Position numbers and translations under genes: made by a program. This document shows positions 31,004 to 40,261 of a stretch of 64,000 nucleotides of DNA, piece by piece (position 1 is the stretch's first letter; each line of letters begins with the position of its first letter). The stretch is from assembly GCA_037925075.1 (NCBI GenBank), contig JAXSNR010000002.1:256001-320000 (forward strand). Reading direction: 5' to 3'. This stretch comes from Aquificaceae bacterium. GTDB taxonomy: Bacteria > Aquificota > Aquificia > Aquificales > Aquificaceae. The notes under the pieces are model-generated. The model made no database searches, had not been told where the DNA came from, and saw only the letters and a list, made by a program, of their open reading frames with translations.

Positions 31004-31477
31004 ATGAAGAAGCTTTTAGCTGTAGGAATGCTGGCAGGCTTTAGCCTTGCTCTGGCAGAGGCTTTTAAGGTTGCTCCTGAGAAATACAGGAGCTGGAACC
31101 ATGTAAAGAGCATGGTCATATTTGACCAGAAGCATCCACTCTTTAATCCCTTTAGTGGCATCCATCACGTTTATGTGAACGATAAGGGATTAGACACCAT
31201 AAAAAAGGATGGGAAAAGGAGCTTCCCAGATGGAACGGTTATAGCCATAGTCTTTTATGAGCATGTGCAGGACAATGGGGCCTATGTGGAGGGTGCCAAG
31301 AGGATAGAAGCCTTTATGGTAAAGGACAGTAAGAAATACAAAGCCACCGACGGCTGGGGCTACTATGGGTATGATGGTAAGGGTAATAACTTGGTCAAAG
31401 ACATGGCAAAGGACTGTCATTCATGCCATGCTCAGGTAAAGGACAAGGACTTTGTGTTTTCCGTTTGGACCAAATAG
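31004..31477 (+). CDS. Cytochrome P460-family (c'-beta-like) periplasmic c-type cytochrome
   Basis: Signal peptide, YRSW, HHVYVN, FPDGTV, MVKDS..Y..TDGWGY, C-terminal CHSCH, DFVF. Confidence 0.88.
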   Translation: MKKLLAVGMLAGFSLALAEAFKVAPEKYRSWNHVKSMVIFDQKHPLFNPFSGIHHVYVNDKGLDTIKKDGKRSFPDGTVIAIVFYEHVQDNGAYVEGAKRIEAFMVKDSKKYKATDGWGYYGYDGKGNNLVKDMAKDCHSCHAQVKDKDFVFSVWTK

Positions 31478-31480
31478 AAT

Positions 31481-32110
31481 TTACGGGCGGGCTATTCCTG
31501 CCCGCCTTTTTAAAGCTTCGTAGTCTTTAATAAAGAGCTTGCCCCTGCAAAGCTCCACAAGTCCCTCCCTTTCCATCTCCTTTAAAACTCTGCTCACCAC
31601 CACCCTAACGCTTCCCACATCCTTGGCTATCTCTTCGTGAGTTTTTTCAATAAACCCCTTCCCTTCGGTGCACGAAAGTATGTAGTTTATAAGCCTCTCC
31701 TCCACCCTTTCTGACACAAGGGAGTTAAACATACCCATTACAGAAAGGAAGTTTTCCGAAAGAACCTTCATGAAAAGTGCTCTCCACCAGTGGTTTTCCT
31801 CAAACCATCTGAGGGCTACATCACCCGGCACCATAAAAATTAGAGAATCCTCCTCTGCCCTTGTGTAAGCTGGGTATTCTTTTGATGAATAAACCGTAAT
31901 CATGGCAAGTATGCACATCTGACCGGGCACCACTCTGTAGAGAGTAAGTTCTCTGCCCGAGTCGGATATGAGGTAAACCTTTAGCTCCCCCTCTTTTACA
32001 AAAGGAACTGCGGAGCAAAAGCTTCCTTCGGAAAAGAGCAAGGACCCCTTACTTACCTTCTGCGGGCTTAACCTTCCTTCCAGAAAATTTTTTACCTCTT
32101 CCACTTGCAT
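31481..32110 (-). CDS. Crp/Fnr-family transcriptional regulator
   Basis: cNMP-like domain (G.LKVY..SDSGRE.TLY), HTH THEEIA..VGS.RVVVSRVLK. Confidence 0.92.
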   Translation of the reverse strand: MQVEEVKNFLEGRLSPQKVSKGSLLFSEGSFCSAVPFVKEGELKVYLISDSGRELTLYRVVPGQMCILAMITVYSSKEYPAYTRAEEDSLIFMVPGDVALRWFEENHWWRALFMKVLSENFLSVMGMFNSLVSERVEERLINYILSCTEGKGFIEKTHEEIAKDVGSVRVVVSRVLKEMEREGLVELCRGKLFIKDYEALKRRAGIARP

Positions 32111-32127
32111 GTCTTAAAATATAAAAC

Positions 32128-32523
32128 ATGATACCCCTTTTTACCGAAAAGGCTCCAAAGCCCGTTGGTCCCTATTCTCAAGCCCTTGTGGCAGGTGGTT
32201 TTTTGTTTTTGTCTGGTCAAATAGGCATTGACCCAAAGACGGGAAAGCTCAGAGAAGAGTTTGTGGAGCAGGTAAAACAGGTCTTTGAAAACATAGATGC
32301 CATTTTGCAGTCCGCCGGCATAGGTAGGGACAGAATTGTAAGAGTGGTGGTCTATCTCAAGGATATAAGCCTTTTTAGGGAGTTTAACAGCCTTTACGAG
32401 GATTTTTTCAAGGATGTGCCTGTCAAGCCTGTGAGGACGACGGTTGAGGTAAGTGCCTTACCTCTTGGTGCCCTTGTGGAGCTTGAGATTACAGCTCTTA
32501 TGAAAGAAGAGACAAAAATATGA
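32128..32523 (+). CDS. ridA: RidA-family enamine/imine deaminase
   Basis: AP.PVGPYSQA, SGQIG, FN..Y, P.RTTV.V..LP....VE. Confidence 0.9.
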   Translation: MIPLFTEKAPKPVGPYSQALVAGGFLFLSGQIGIDPKTGKLREEFVEQVKQVFENIDAILQSAGIGRDRIVRVVVYLKDISLFREFNSLYEDFFKDVPVKPVRTTVEVSALPLGALVELEITALMKEETKI

Positions 32524-33917
32524 TACCCTCTGACCTTGAACCACCTCATGACGAGCTTGCGGAAAGGGCGGTTTTGGGTGCCATAATTGCAGACCCCGAA
32601 AGCATGCCAACGGTGCTCGAACACCTTAGGGAGGAGGATTTTTACTTTGAAAATCACAGATTGCTTTTTTCTCTCCTTTACAAGGTTTGGGAGGATAAGG
32701 GAAAGGACTGGGATGACATAGTCCTCAAGGAGTACATAGAAAAAAGAGGTCTAAAGGAAAAGCTGAATATGGCCTTTATTTACTCCCTTGTGGAAGAGGC
32801 GGCCACGGGAAGCCTCCTCGAAGAAGCCATAAGAAATGTAAAAGAAAAATCCGGTCTTAGACAGCTTATGGATCTCTCTTTGAATGTGCTTAAGGGTATA
32901 AGGCAGGAGCCAGACCTTGAGAACCTTCTTGAGATCCTAAACTTAAAGCTCATAGAAATATCAGAAAAGCAGATAGTGAGCCATTACTGGCATATAAGGG
33001 ATGTGGCAAGGGATGTTATAGAAATCATAGAACAACACCGAAAGCAGGAGAAACTTATAACGGGTAAGGCGACAGGTTTTCTTGACCTTGACCTTTTAAG
33101 CACAGGTTTTCATCCCTCTGACCTCATAATAGTTGCCGCCAGACCGGGCATGGGTAAAAGTAGCTTTATGCTCTCCATGGCAATAAACATGGCAACGCAA
33201 GAGAAGGCTCCAGTGGTAATATACTCCCTTGAAATGAGCAAGGAACAGCTTGTGATGAGGGCGCTGTCTATTCTCTCAGGTGTCCCCCTTCAAAACATAA
33301 GAAGAGGTTTTATAAACGAAGAGGATAGAAACAAGCTCATATCCGCAGCCCTTGACCTTTCAAGATGTGAAATATACATAGATGACACTCCAAGCCTCTC
33401 CACCACCGACCTGAGGATAAAGACCAGAAAGCTCAAAAAGGAAAGAGGGATAGAAGTCGCCTTCGTTGATTACCTTCAGCTCCTTAGACCTCCTACAAGA
33501 AGGTCCTCAAGACAGGAAGAGGTGGCTGAGATCTCAAGAAACCTAAAAGCCCTCGCCAAGGAGCTTGCCATACCAGTGGTAGCCCTTGCCCAGCTATCCC
33601 GTCAGGTGGAGCACAGGTCAGACAAAAGACCACAGCTTGCGGACCTCAGAGAGTCCGGGCAGATAGAGCAAGACGCAGACCTCATAATCTTTATCCATAG
33701 ACCAGAATACTACAAAAGAAACCCCTCACCAGAGGAGCAAGGAGTGGCGGAAATCATAGTGGCAAAACAAAGGCAGGGACCCACGGGAATTGTAAAGGTT
33801 GCCTTTCTAAAGGATACAGCAAGCTTTAAGCCCATTGCGGCAGGAACTACCACTACAGAAAGCTACGAGCCAGAGCTTGAGGACTTTTCAGAGGATGAGC
33901 TTGACCTGGACTTTTAG
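32520..33917 (+). CDS. dnaB: Replicative DNA helicase
   Basis: AERAVLG, AARPGMGKS, SLEMS, DYLQL, LAQLSR, DLRESGQIEQDAD, KQRQGP; no intein. Confidence 0.97.
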   Translation: MIPSDLEPPHDELAERAVLGAIIADPESMPTVLEHLREEDFYFENHRLLFSLLYKVWEDKGKDWDDIVLKEYIEKRGLKEKLNMAFIYSLVEEAATGSLLEEAIRNVKEKSGLRQLMDLSLNVLKGIRQEPDLENLLEILNLKLIEISEKQIVSHYWHIRDVARDVIEIIEQHRKQEKLITGKATGFLDLDLLSTGFHPSDLIIVAARPGMGKSSFMLSMAINMATQEKAPVVIYSLEMSKEQLVMRALSILSGVPLQNIRRGFINEEDRNKLISAALDLSRCEIYIDDTPSLSTTDLRIKTRKLKKERGIEVAFVDYLQLLRPPTRRSSRQEEVAEISRNLKALAKELAIPVVALAQLSRQVEHRSDKRPQLADLRESGQIEQDADLIIFIHRPEYYKRNPSPEEQGVAEIIVAKQRQGPTGIVKVAFLKDTASFKPIAAGTTTTESYEPELEDFSEDELDLDF

Positions 33918-33932
33918 CTTATAATCTTCTTG

Positions 33933-34781
33933 ATGCTAAGTATGACGGGCTACGGGTCAGGGACCTTTGAAAACGATAACTGGGCTGTTAGCGTGTTTGC
34001 CAAGAGTCTTAACGGTAAGACCCTCGAGATCTTCATAAAGTCCAACTACAATCTCATGTCCCTTGAATTTTCCGTGAGAAAGTTAGTAAGGGAGTTCATC
34101 AGAAGAGGGACGGTCAACCTCCACATTGAGATAAAGAGGAAAGGGATAATAGAACCCGTGAGCTTAGAGACCCTGTTTACAAACATAAACTTTTTTAGGA
34201 TAATGAGGGAAAAGCTTGAACTGAACGTGAGCGACGACACCATCTTACATCTTGCTGCGAGGTTCTCCGAGTCTCCAAAGGAAGAGATAGACCCTTCCCT
34301 TGAAGAAGCCCTTTCCTGTGCTTTGACGGATGCCCTCAAAGAGCTTCTCAACAGGAGAGCAGAAGAGGGAGAACAGATAAGGAAAGACATGGAGGAAAGG
34401 CTTACAAGGATTGAAAAGGTGCTTGAAAATATAGTGGAAAGTAGGCAAGAGGTTTACGAGAAGGTGAAAAGAAGGGTCATAGAAAAGGCAAAGGAGCTTG
34501 AACTTTCTGAAAACAGTGCTTTGGTGTTTAATGAGATTGCTCTGATCCTTTCCAAAATGGACGTGGAAGAAGAAATAACCCGATTGAAAGCCCATCTTGA
34601 CAAAAGCAGGGAGCTTTTTAGGTCTCAGGAGGATGTGGGAAGGAAGCTTGAATTTCTCTTTCAGGAGATGCACAGGGAGATAACCACTCTATCCAACAAA
34701 CTACCAGAGCTTTCGCCCCTTGCGGTGGAGATAAAGACGGAGATTGACCGTCTAAAACAACAGGTGGCAAATATAGAGTAG
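33933..34781 (+). CDS. yicC: YicC/YloC-family endoribonuclease
   Basis: SMTGYG, KSLN, RG, DVEEEITRL..H, GRKLEFL.QEM.RE..TL, Q.ANIE. Confidence 0.9.
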   Translation: MLSMTGYGSGTFENDNWAVSVFAKSLNGKTLEIFIKSNYNLMSLEFSVRKLVREFIRRGTVNLHIEIKRKGIIEPVSLETLFTNINFFRIMREKLELNVSDDTILHLAARFSESPKEEIDPSLEEALSCALTDALKELLNRRAEEGEQIRKDMEERLTRIEKVLENIVESRQEVYEKVKRRVIEKAKELELSENSALVFNEIALILSKMDVEEEITRLKAHLDKSRELFRSQEDVGRKLEFLFQEMHREITTLSNKLPELSPLAVEIKTEIDRLKQQVANIE

Positions 34782-34804
34782 TGGTATAATATATATATAT
34801 CTTA

Positions 34805-34876
34805 GCGGGCGTAGCTCAGTGGTGGAGCGGCTGCTTGCCATGCAGCAGGTCGCGGGTTCGAGTCCCGTCGCCCGCT
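34805..34876 (+). tRNA. tRNA-Gly(GCC), CCA not encoded
   Basis: GCGGGCG TAGCTCAGTGG, GCTGC-TTGCCAT-GCAGC, GGTTCGAGTCC, CGCCCGC; TGGTATAAT upstream. Confidence 0.96.
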
Positions 34877-34885
34877 TTTTATTTA

Positions 34886-34957
34886 GGCAACGTGGCCGAG
34901 CGGCTAGGCGAGGGACTGCAAATCCCTTTTACGGCGGTTCGAATCCGCCCGTTGCCT
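34886..34957 (+). tRNA. tRNA-Cys(GCA), CCA not encoded
   Basis: GGCAACG TGGCCGAGCGG, GGGA-CTGCAAA-TCCC, GGTTCGAATCC, CGTTGCC-T. Confidence 0.95.
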
Positions 34958-34981
34958 TAGAAAATCCATAGGAGGTTTTTT

Positions 34982-35260
34982 ATGCCAAACACAAAACAGG
35001 CTGAAAAACGTATGAGAAGAGACGCAAAGAGAAGGCTTAGAAACAGGTATCATCTTTCAAGGATGAGGACCTATATAAAAAAATTCAGAAAGATGGTAGT
35101 AGCTGGTCAGTTGGAACAAGCCAGAGAGTTCTTGCCTGAGGTTATAAGCATCATATACCACACCGCATCCAAGGGTGTTATTCACAAAAATGAGGCGGCA
35201 AGAAGGGCTTCAAGGGTTTCCACGCTTCTTAACAAAGCCCTTCAGAAGGCTGAGGGGTAG
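34982..35260 (+). CDS. rpsT: 30S ribosomal protein S20
   Basis: MPNTKQAEKR...RN....S.MRT.IK, KGVIHKN.AAR..SR. Confidence 0.96.
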   Translation: MPNTKQAEKRMRRDAKRRLRNRYHLSRMRTYIKKFRKMVVAGQLEQAREFLPEVISIIYHTASKGVIHKNEAARRASRVSTLLNKALQKAEG

Positions 35261-36700
35261 GTAAGCCAAGGGTTCTTTGAGTAGCAGAAGGCATAGCCAG
35301 TACACTAAAACAGCAAGAGGTATCACATAAAGCACTTGGTAAGAGGAGGGGCTTGCAAAAAGCACAAAAAGGCACATAAATGCGGTTGCAAGCATAGACC
35401 TTATGGTGGCAGTGTAATAGCTTTTTATATCTAAATTCCTTTCCTTCCACAGGTATAGCAAAAAGCCAAAACCGGCTACAGAAGAGGTGGCAGTACCGAG
35501 GGCAAGGCCTACAACTCCAAGCTTAAGACCAAAGGCAAAGAGGAAAGCCAACAAGCCTTCCGAAAGCACCGCAAACAAGGAAGCCATCACGGGAGTTTTT
35601 GTATCTCCCCGTGCAAAAAAGACGCTTGCCAACACCTTCTGAAGAGAAAAGAACAAAAGTCCCAACGAATAGACCGCAAGCACCTTACCTGCCATAGCTA
35701 TGTCTTCCTCTGAAAACCTTCCCCTTCCGTATAGCAGGGCAACTATCTGGTGCGAGAGCACCAACAGACCCCCAGTGGCAGGAAGGGCAAGGAGGGTAAT
35801 GAAGTTAAAGGCGAGGGTGATGTTCTTCTTTGGGTCTTGCCCCCTTGCCAAAACAGAAAGAAGGGAATTTGCCATACCCACAGAAAGGGCACCCAAAGGA
35901 AGCTGGAATATTCTGTTGGCATAGTAAAGGTACGATATGGAACCCAAGGCCAAAAAGGAGGCAAGGAAGGTATCTATAAAAAAGGAAAGTTGAGCAACAC
36001 CAAAGCCCATAAGGGCAGGCAAAAGCCTTTTCAGAAGCAAAAGTAGGTCCTTGTCTCTTTCAAAGCTCACGCGTGGCAAAAGCCCTTTGGAAATCAAAAC
36101 AGGTAGGTGAAAGATAAGCTGGGCAAAGCCTCCGAAAACCACACCAAGGACAAGTGCCATATAACCCAAGCTATGAGCTGTTAAAGCTATGCAAAGGGAC
36201 ATTACCACATTAAAGACCGCCTGAGCAAAAGCGGGAACAAAGAAAACACCCCTTGTGTTTAGCACACCCATAAAAAAGGCACTAAGCCCCACAAAGAAAA
36301 GGTAGCTAAAGAGGAACCTCGCCATAAAAACCGCAAGCTCAAAATAACTCTTCTGTGCAATGCCCGGAGCTATGAGCCTTATTATCCATTCCGCAAACAC
36401 TATGCCTATGAGGGTTACCGTAAGGTTAAAGAGGGTGTAGTAGGTAAAGGTGGAATTTAAAAAGGCTTTTTCTGTTCCCTCCTTTAACCTTTGGGCAAAG
36501 ATGGGGACAAAGGCGGCGTTAAAGCCACCCTCTCCAAAGAGCCTTCTGAATGTGTTGGGAAGCCTAAAGGCTACAAAAAAGGCGTCGGTAATCTGGGAAA
36601 CACCAAAGTAGTAAGCTATGAGGGCATCTCGCAAGTAGCCAAGAATCCTGCTTAGAAGGGTGGCTACAGAAAAGGAAAGGGAATGCTTAAGTAGTCCCAT
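35210..36700 (-). CDS. murJ: Lipid II flippase MurJ
   Basis: SRILGYLRD, DAFFVAFRLPNTFRRLFGEG, YYANRIFQLP. Confidence 0.96.
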   Translation of the reverse strand: MGLLKHSLSFSVATLLSRILGYLRDALIAYYFGVSQITDAFFVAFRLPNTFRRLFGEGGFNAAFVPIFAQRLKEGTEKAFLNSTFTYYTLFNLTVTLIGIVFAEWIIRLIAPGIAQKSYFELAVFMARFLFSYLFFVGLSAFFMGVLNTRGVFFVPAFAQAVFNVVMSLCIALTAHSLGYMALVLGVVFGGFAQLIFHLPVLISKGLLPRVSFERDKDLLLLLKRLLPALMGFGVAQLSFFIDTFLASFLALGSISYLYYANRIFQLPLGALSVGMANSLLSVLARGQDPKKNITLAFNFITLLALPATGGLLVLSHQIVALLYGRGRFSEEDIAMAGKVLAVYSLGLLFFSLQKVLASVFFARGDTKTPVMASLFAVLSEGLLAFLFAFGLKLGVVGLALGTATSSVAGFGFLLYLWKERNLDIKSYYTATIRSMLATAFMCLFVLFASPSSYQVLYVIPLAVLVYWLCLLLLKEPLAYLPLSLLKGFVKKRGNP

Positions 36701-36708
36701 TTTCTTAA

Positions 36709-36792
36709 TGCCGGAGGCGGGAGTCGAACCCGCACGCCCTCACGGGCACTGCCCCCTCAAGACAGCGCGTCTGCCAGTTCCGCCACTCCGGC
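36709..36792 (-). tRNA. tRNA-Leu(GAG), CCA not encoded
   Basis: GCCGGAG TGGCGGAACTGGCAGACGCG CTGTC-TTGAGGG-GGCAG, variable arm, GGTTCGACTCC. Confidence 0.96.
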
Positions 36793-36813
36793 TTAGGCTT
36801 TATATTATACACC

Positions 36814-37407
36814 ATGGCTTTAAATTTGCCAAGACTGTACGCCATAACCCACAGCAAGAGATACCAAGATATGATGCAAAGGCTAGAAAAAGCCCTGAGA
36901 AAGGGTATAAGGATGGTCCAGCTAAGAGAAAAGGAGCTTTCTGGTCTTGAGTATTACAAGAGAGCTCTTGAGGTAAGAAAGTTAACAAAGGAATACGGAG
37001 CCTTGCTTTTTGTAAACGACAGGGTAGATATAGCCCTTGCGGTGGATGCGGACGGCGTGCATCTTCCAGAAAAGGGCTTGCCTCCAAGGGTGGTGAAAAG
37101 GATGGCACCTAAACTACTGGTAGGTTATTCCGCTCACAGCCTTGAGCAGGCTCTCTGGGCTCAGGAGGAGGGTGCGGATTTTATCACCCTAAGCCCCATC
37201 TTCAAAACCCAGTCCCATCCAGAGGTAGAACCTATAGGGTTATCCACATTAAAAGAGGTGTCGCAGGATTTAAAAATACCCGTCTATGCCCTTGGAGGCA
37301 TAACATGGGAAAAGATAAAACTGTGCTACAAAAACGGAGCTTACGGCATTGCGGGTATAGGGCTTTTCTTTGACCATGTTGATAGTGATTGGGGGACCAA
37401 CGGGTAG
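36814..37407 (+). CDS. thiE: Thiamine phosphate synthase (ThiE/TenI family)
   Basis: LYAIT, VQLREK, VNDRVDIA..V.ADGVHL, SAHS, ALGGI. Confidence 0.82.
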   Translation: MALNLPRLYAITHSKRYQDMMQRLEKALRKGIRMVQLREKELSGLEYYKRALEVRKLTKEYGALLFVNDRVDIALAVDADGVHLPEKGLPPRVVKRMAPKLLVGYSAHSLEQALWAQEEGADFITLSPIFKTQSHPEVEPIGLSTLKEVSQDLKIPVYALGGITWEKIKLCYKNGAYGIAGIGLFFDHVDSDWGTNG

Positions 37408-38287
37408 CGGAAAATCAAAGGTATGCTGTCTTCTGGCAAAGAGGATAGAAGGTGAGATAATCAGTGCGGACTCCATGTGTGTTTATAAGTTTATGGATGT
37501 GGGTACAGCCAAACCCTTGGAATGCATGAGGGAGATAAAACATCACTTGATTGATATGGTGGAGCCCGGTGGTCTTTTTGACGCCAAACTCTTTGAGGAA
37601 TATGCCCTAAAAGCCATAGAGGAAATAAAAAGCAAGGGGAAAATCCCCATTGTATGCGGAGGTACATACCTTTACCTTCAGGCATTGCTTTTTGGTATAG
37701 AAGAAACACCACCACCAGACTGGACCCTTAGAAAAAGGCTATATGCGGTTGCGGAAAGGAAGGGTAGCCAATACCTCTACCAAAAGCTTAAGGCTGTGGA
37801 CCCAGTATATGCCCAGAAGATATCCTCCAAAGATACGAGAAGAATAGTCAGAGCCCTTGAGGTTTTCATAAACTCTGGCAAGCCCTTTTCTTCCTTTCAC
37901 CACTGGGAAAAGCCAAGGCTTGATTTTGTGGGTTTTTATCTTAGCTGGAGCTGGGAAGAGCTTTCTAAAAGGATAGAGGAGAGGGCAAAAAGAATGCTAA
38001 AGGATGGGCTTCTTCAAGAGTTGGAAAGGCTTATGGGGATGGGTTTTGAAAACTTCCTTACCTCCTCTCAGGCTATAGGCTACAAGGAGTTTGTTCCTTG
38101 CGTGAAAGGGCAAAAGCCTTTGGAGGAGTGCCTTTCTGAAATGATAAGAAACACTAAGGAGTACGCAAAAAGGCAGGTAAGATGGTTTAGAAAACAGGGA
38201 TGGCACAGGTTGGATATGGAAAGGCTTGGTTTAGAGGGTGCGGTGGAGGAGATACTAAGCTATCTCAGTCCCTCCAAGCACCATTGA
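37376..38287 (+). CDS. miaA: tRNA dimethylallyltransferase
   Basis: GPTGSGKS, IISADSM.VYK.MDVGTAK, GGT.LY, RIVRALEV, QAIGYKE, YAKRQ..W. Confidence 0.96.
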   Translation: MLIVIGGPTGSGKSKVCCLLAKRIEGEIISADSMCVYKFMDVGTAKPLECMREIKHHLIDMVEPGGLFDAKLFEEYALKAIEEIKSKGKIPIVCGGTYLYLQALLFGIEETPPPDWTLRKRLYAVAERKGSQYLYQKLKAVDPVYAQKISSKDTRRIVRALEVFINSGKPFSSFHHWEKPRLDFVGFYLSWSWEELSKRIEERAKRMLKDGLLQELERLMGMGFENFLTSSQAIGYKEFVPCVKGQKPLEECLSEMIRNTKEYAKRQVRWFRKQGWHRLDMERLGLEGAVEEILSYLSPSKHH

Positions 38288-39640
38288 CCTTATTCTAAGC
38301 GTAGGCTGAGCGTCGGTGACAGGCACGCCTTGCCCATCCTTTCCACAGGTCCCAATACTCCATCCCAAGTCTGAGCCCACCGCATCCACATCCATAAGAG
38401 CCTTAGGACCATTCCCTATAAGGGTTGTGGACCTTATGGGGTACGTTATCTTGCCCTTTTCTATCATGTAGCCTTCCATCACCTCAAAAACAAAGTCTCC
38501 GGTGACCGTATTCACCTCTCCTCCACCCATCTTTACCACAAGAACACCCCTTTTTGTGTCCGCTATTATGTCCTCAGGGTTATCCTTGCCCGGTGCTATG
38601 TAGGTGTTGGTCATCCTTGGCATGGGTATGTGGGCATAACTTTGTCTCCTGCCGTTGCCAGTAGACTGCTTGCCCTCCTTCATGGCGGTTAGCCTGTCGT
38701 ACATGTATCCCACAAGGTAGCCATCCTGAATAAGGACCGTCCTCTGAGCTGGCACACCCTCATCATCCACCACAAAAGAGCCGTTATGACCCTCAAGGGT
38801 AGCATCGTCTATCACAGTTATAAGCTCACTTGCTACCTTTTGCCCTATTTTCCCCCTGTAGACGGAAAGGCCCTTTTGAACCAGATCCGCCTCAAAGCCA
38901 TGCCCTACCGCCTCATGTATCATGGTTCCACCCGCCTGACCTGAAAGCACCACCGTAAAGGGACCTGCGGGTGCAGGCTTTGCCTTCAGCATAAGAAGAG
39001 CCCTTTCTGTAGCCTTTCTGGCTATCTCCTCCGGTGGTGTTTTCTCAAAAAGCTCAAAGCCTCCCCTTATGCCGGCGGACTCATAACCCCTTTGCATAAG
39101 CCCGTTTTCTTGGGCGACCACATCCACGAAGAAAACCACCCTTTTCTGTAGGTCTTCTGCGATCTCCCCAAGACTGTTTATGACCATCACTTCCCTTGAT
39201 CGGTCCATAAGGACCACTGTAACCTGCTTTACCTTATGGCCGTAGCTTCTTGCCTTTTCGTTTGCCCTGTAGAGAAACTGTACCCTGTAGCCTAAGTCTG
39301 CTTGGTCAGGGTCTATGCGGAGGTCTGTCCAGCCCCTTATGTGCCTTTGCCCCACCTTTACAGGACCGTGTCCCAATCCCCTTGCGAGGGTTTTTACGAT
39401 TTCCATAAGGTTTTCAAAGGTGGGCTCTGTGGTGTATCCGTAGTAGGTCTGCCCCTTCTTTATAAGCCTTATGCCAACGCCCTCATCCACACCCCATTGG
39501 ACCTTGTCTATCTTATTGTCCTCAAGGTGAATCCTACATGTACGCACCCTTTCATAAAAAATCTCACCGTATTCACCACCCTGAGAAAGAAGGTTAGAAA
39601 GGAGATAGCCAGATTTTTCTTTGAGCATCTCTTTGACCAT
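38255..39640 (-). CDS. tldD: TldD metalloprotease
   Basis: HEAVGHG.E.D, DDEG, STGNGRRQSY...PMPRMTNT, CGKDGQ.VPV. Confidence 0.93.
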   Translation of the reverse strand: MVKEMLKEKSGYLLSNLLSQGGEYGEIFYERVRTCRIHLEDNKIDKVQWGVDEGVGIRLIKKGQTYYGYTTEPTFENLMEIVKTLARGLGHGPVKVGQRHIRGWTDLRIDPDQADLGYRVQFLYRANEKARSYGHKVKQVTVVLMDRSREVMVINSLGEIAEDLQKRVVFFVDVVAQENGLMQRGYESAGIRGGFELFEKTPPEEIARKATERALLMLKAKPAPAGPFTVVLSGQAGGTMIHEAVGHGFEADLVQKGLSVYRGKIGQKVASELITVIDDATLEGHNGSFVVDDEGVPAQRTVLIQDGYLVGYMYDRLTAMKEGKQSTGNGRRQSYAHIPMPRMTNTYIAPGKDNPEDIIADTKRGVLVVKMGGGEVNTVTGDFVFEVMEGYMIEKGKITYPIRSTTLIGNGPKALMDVDAVGSDLGWSIGTCGKDGQGVPVTDAQPTLRIRSMVLGGTEIA

Positions 39641-39685
39641 CTTGAACCTCCAGAAGTTTAAAAATATATGCTAAAATCATATAGC

Positions 39686-40261
39686 ATGGGAGTGAAGATT
39701 GATATAAACAGCGTGCAAAGGGATATGTTTATTGAGCACAACGGCATGCCCCACAGAGTACTGGACTACGAGCATGTAAAACCTGGCAAAGGTCAGGCTT
39801 TTGTGAGGATAAAGGCAAAAAACATGCAAACAGGGAACGTAATTGAGATCACCTACAAGTCCTCCGATTCCATTGAGCTTGCGGACTTTGAGCAGGTCTT
39901 TGCGGAGTATTCTTATTCCGACGGAGACTACTACTACTTTGTAAGCCAAACCACCTACGAGATGGTGCCAGTGTCTGCGGAAAACATAAAGGAGGAAACC
40001 AAGTTTCTCAAAGAAGGCATGACTGTGGTGGTCTTCTTCTACAAGGGACAGCCCATAGGTATTGAGCTTCCAAAACAGGTGGAGCTTGCGGTAGTGGAAA
40101 CAGAACCAGCCTTTAAGGGAGATACCGCTGCTGGCGGTACAAAGCCCGCTAAGCTTGAAACGGGTGCGGTGGTGCAAGTGCCCTTCTTTGTAAAAGAGGG
40201 GGACATAGTAAAGGTGGATACACGCACCGGAGCCTACATAGAAGTGGTAAAGAGGGCTTGA
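39686..40261 (+). CDS. efp: Elongation factor P
   Basis: HVKPGKGQAFVR, KGDT...TKPAKLETG...VP.F, DTRTG.Y; start taken at ATG 39686. Confidence 0.97.
   Translation: MGVKIDINSVQRDMFIEHNGMPHRVLDYEHVKPGKGQAFVRIKAKNMQTGNVIEITYKSSDSIELADFEQVFAEYSYSDGDYYYFVSQTTYEMVPVSAENIKEETKFLKEGMTVVVFFYKGQPIGIELPKQVELAVVETEPAFKGDTAAGGTKPAKLETGAVVQVPFFVKEGDIVKVDTRTGAYIEVVKRA

Noticed and set aside
32520..33917. Intein in dnaB
   Set aside because: Length of 465 aa and contiguous helicase motifs leave no room for an insertion.
34786..34800. (AT)n microsatellite as a contingency locus
   Set aside because: Only about five units, directly following the tRNA -10 box; too short to support phase variation.
34805..34957. 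tRNA genes as integration sites of an island or prophage
   Set aside because: No integrase, no duplicated tRNA 3' end, and housekeeping genes on both sides.
35210..35260. Convergent overlaps (rpsT/murJ, miaA/tldD, bioD/PBP and others) as special antisense systems
   Set aside because: Short 3' overlaps occur throughout this compact genome; nothing singles these out.
39677..40177. 166-aa antisense ORF over efp, and other short shadow ORFs in the track
   Set aside because: Lie opposite or within conserved genes, with no motifs or initiation signals.
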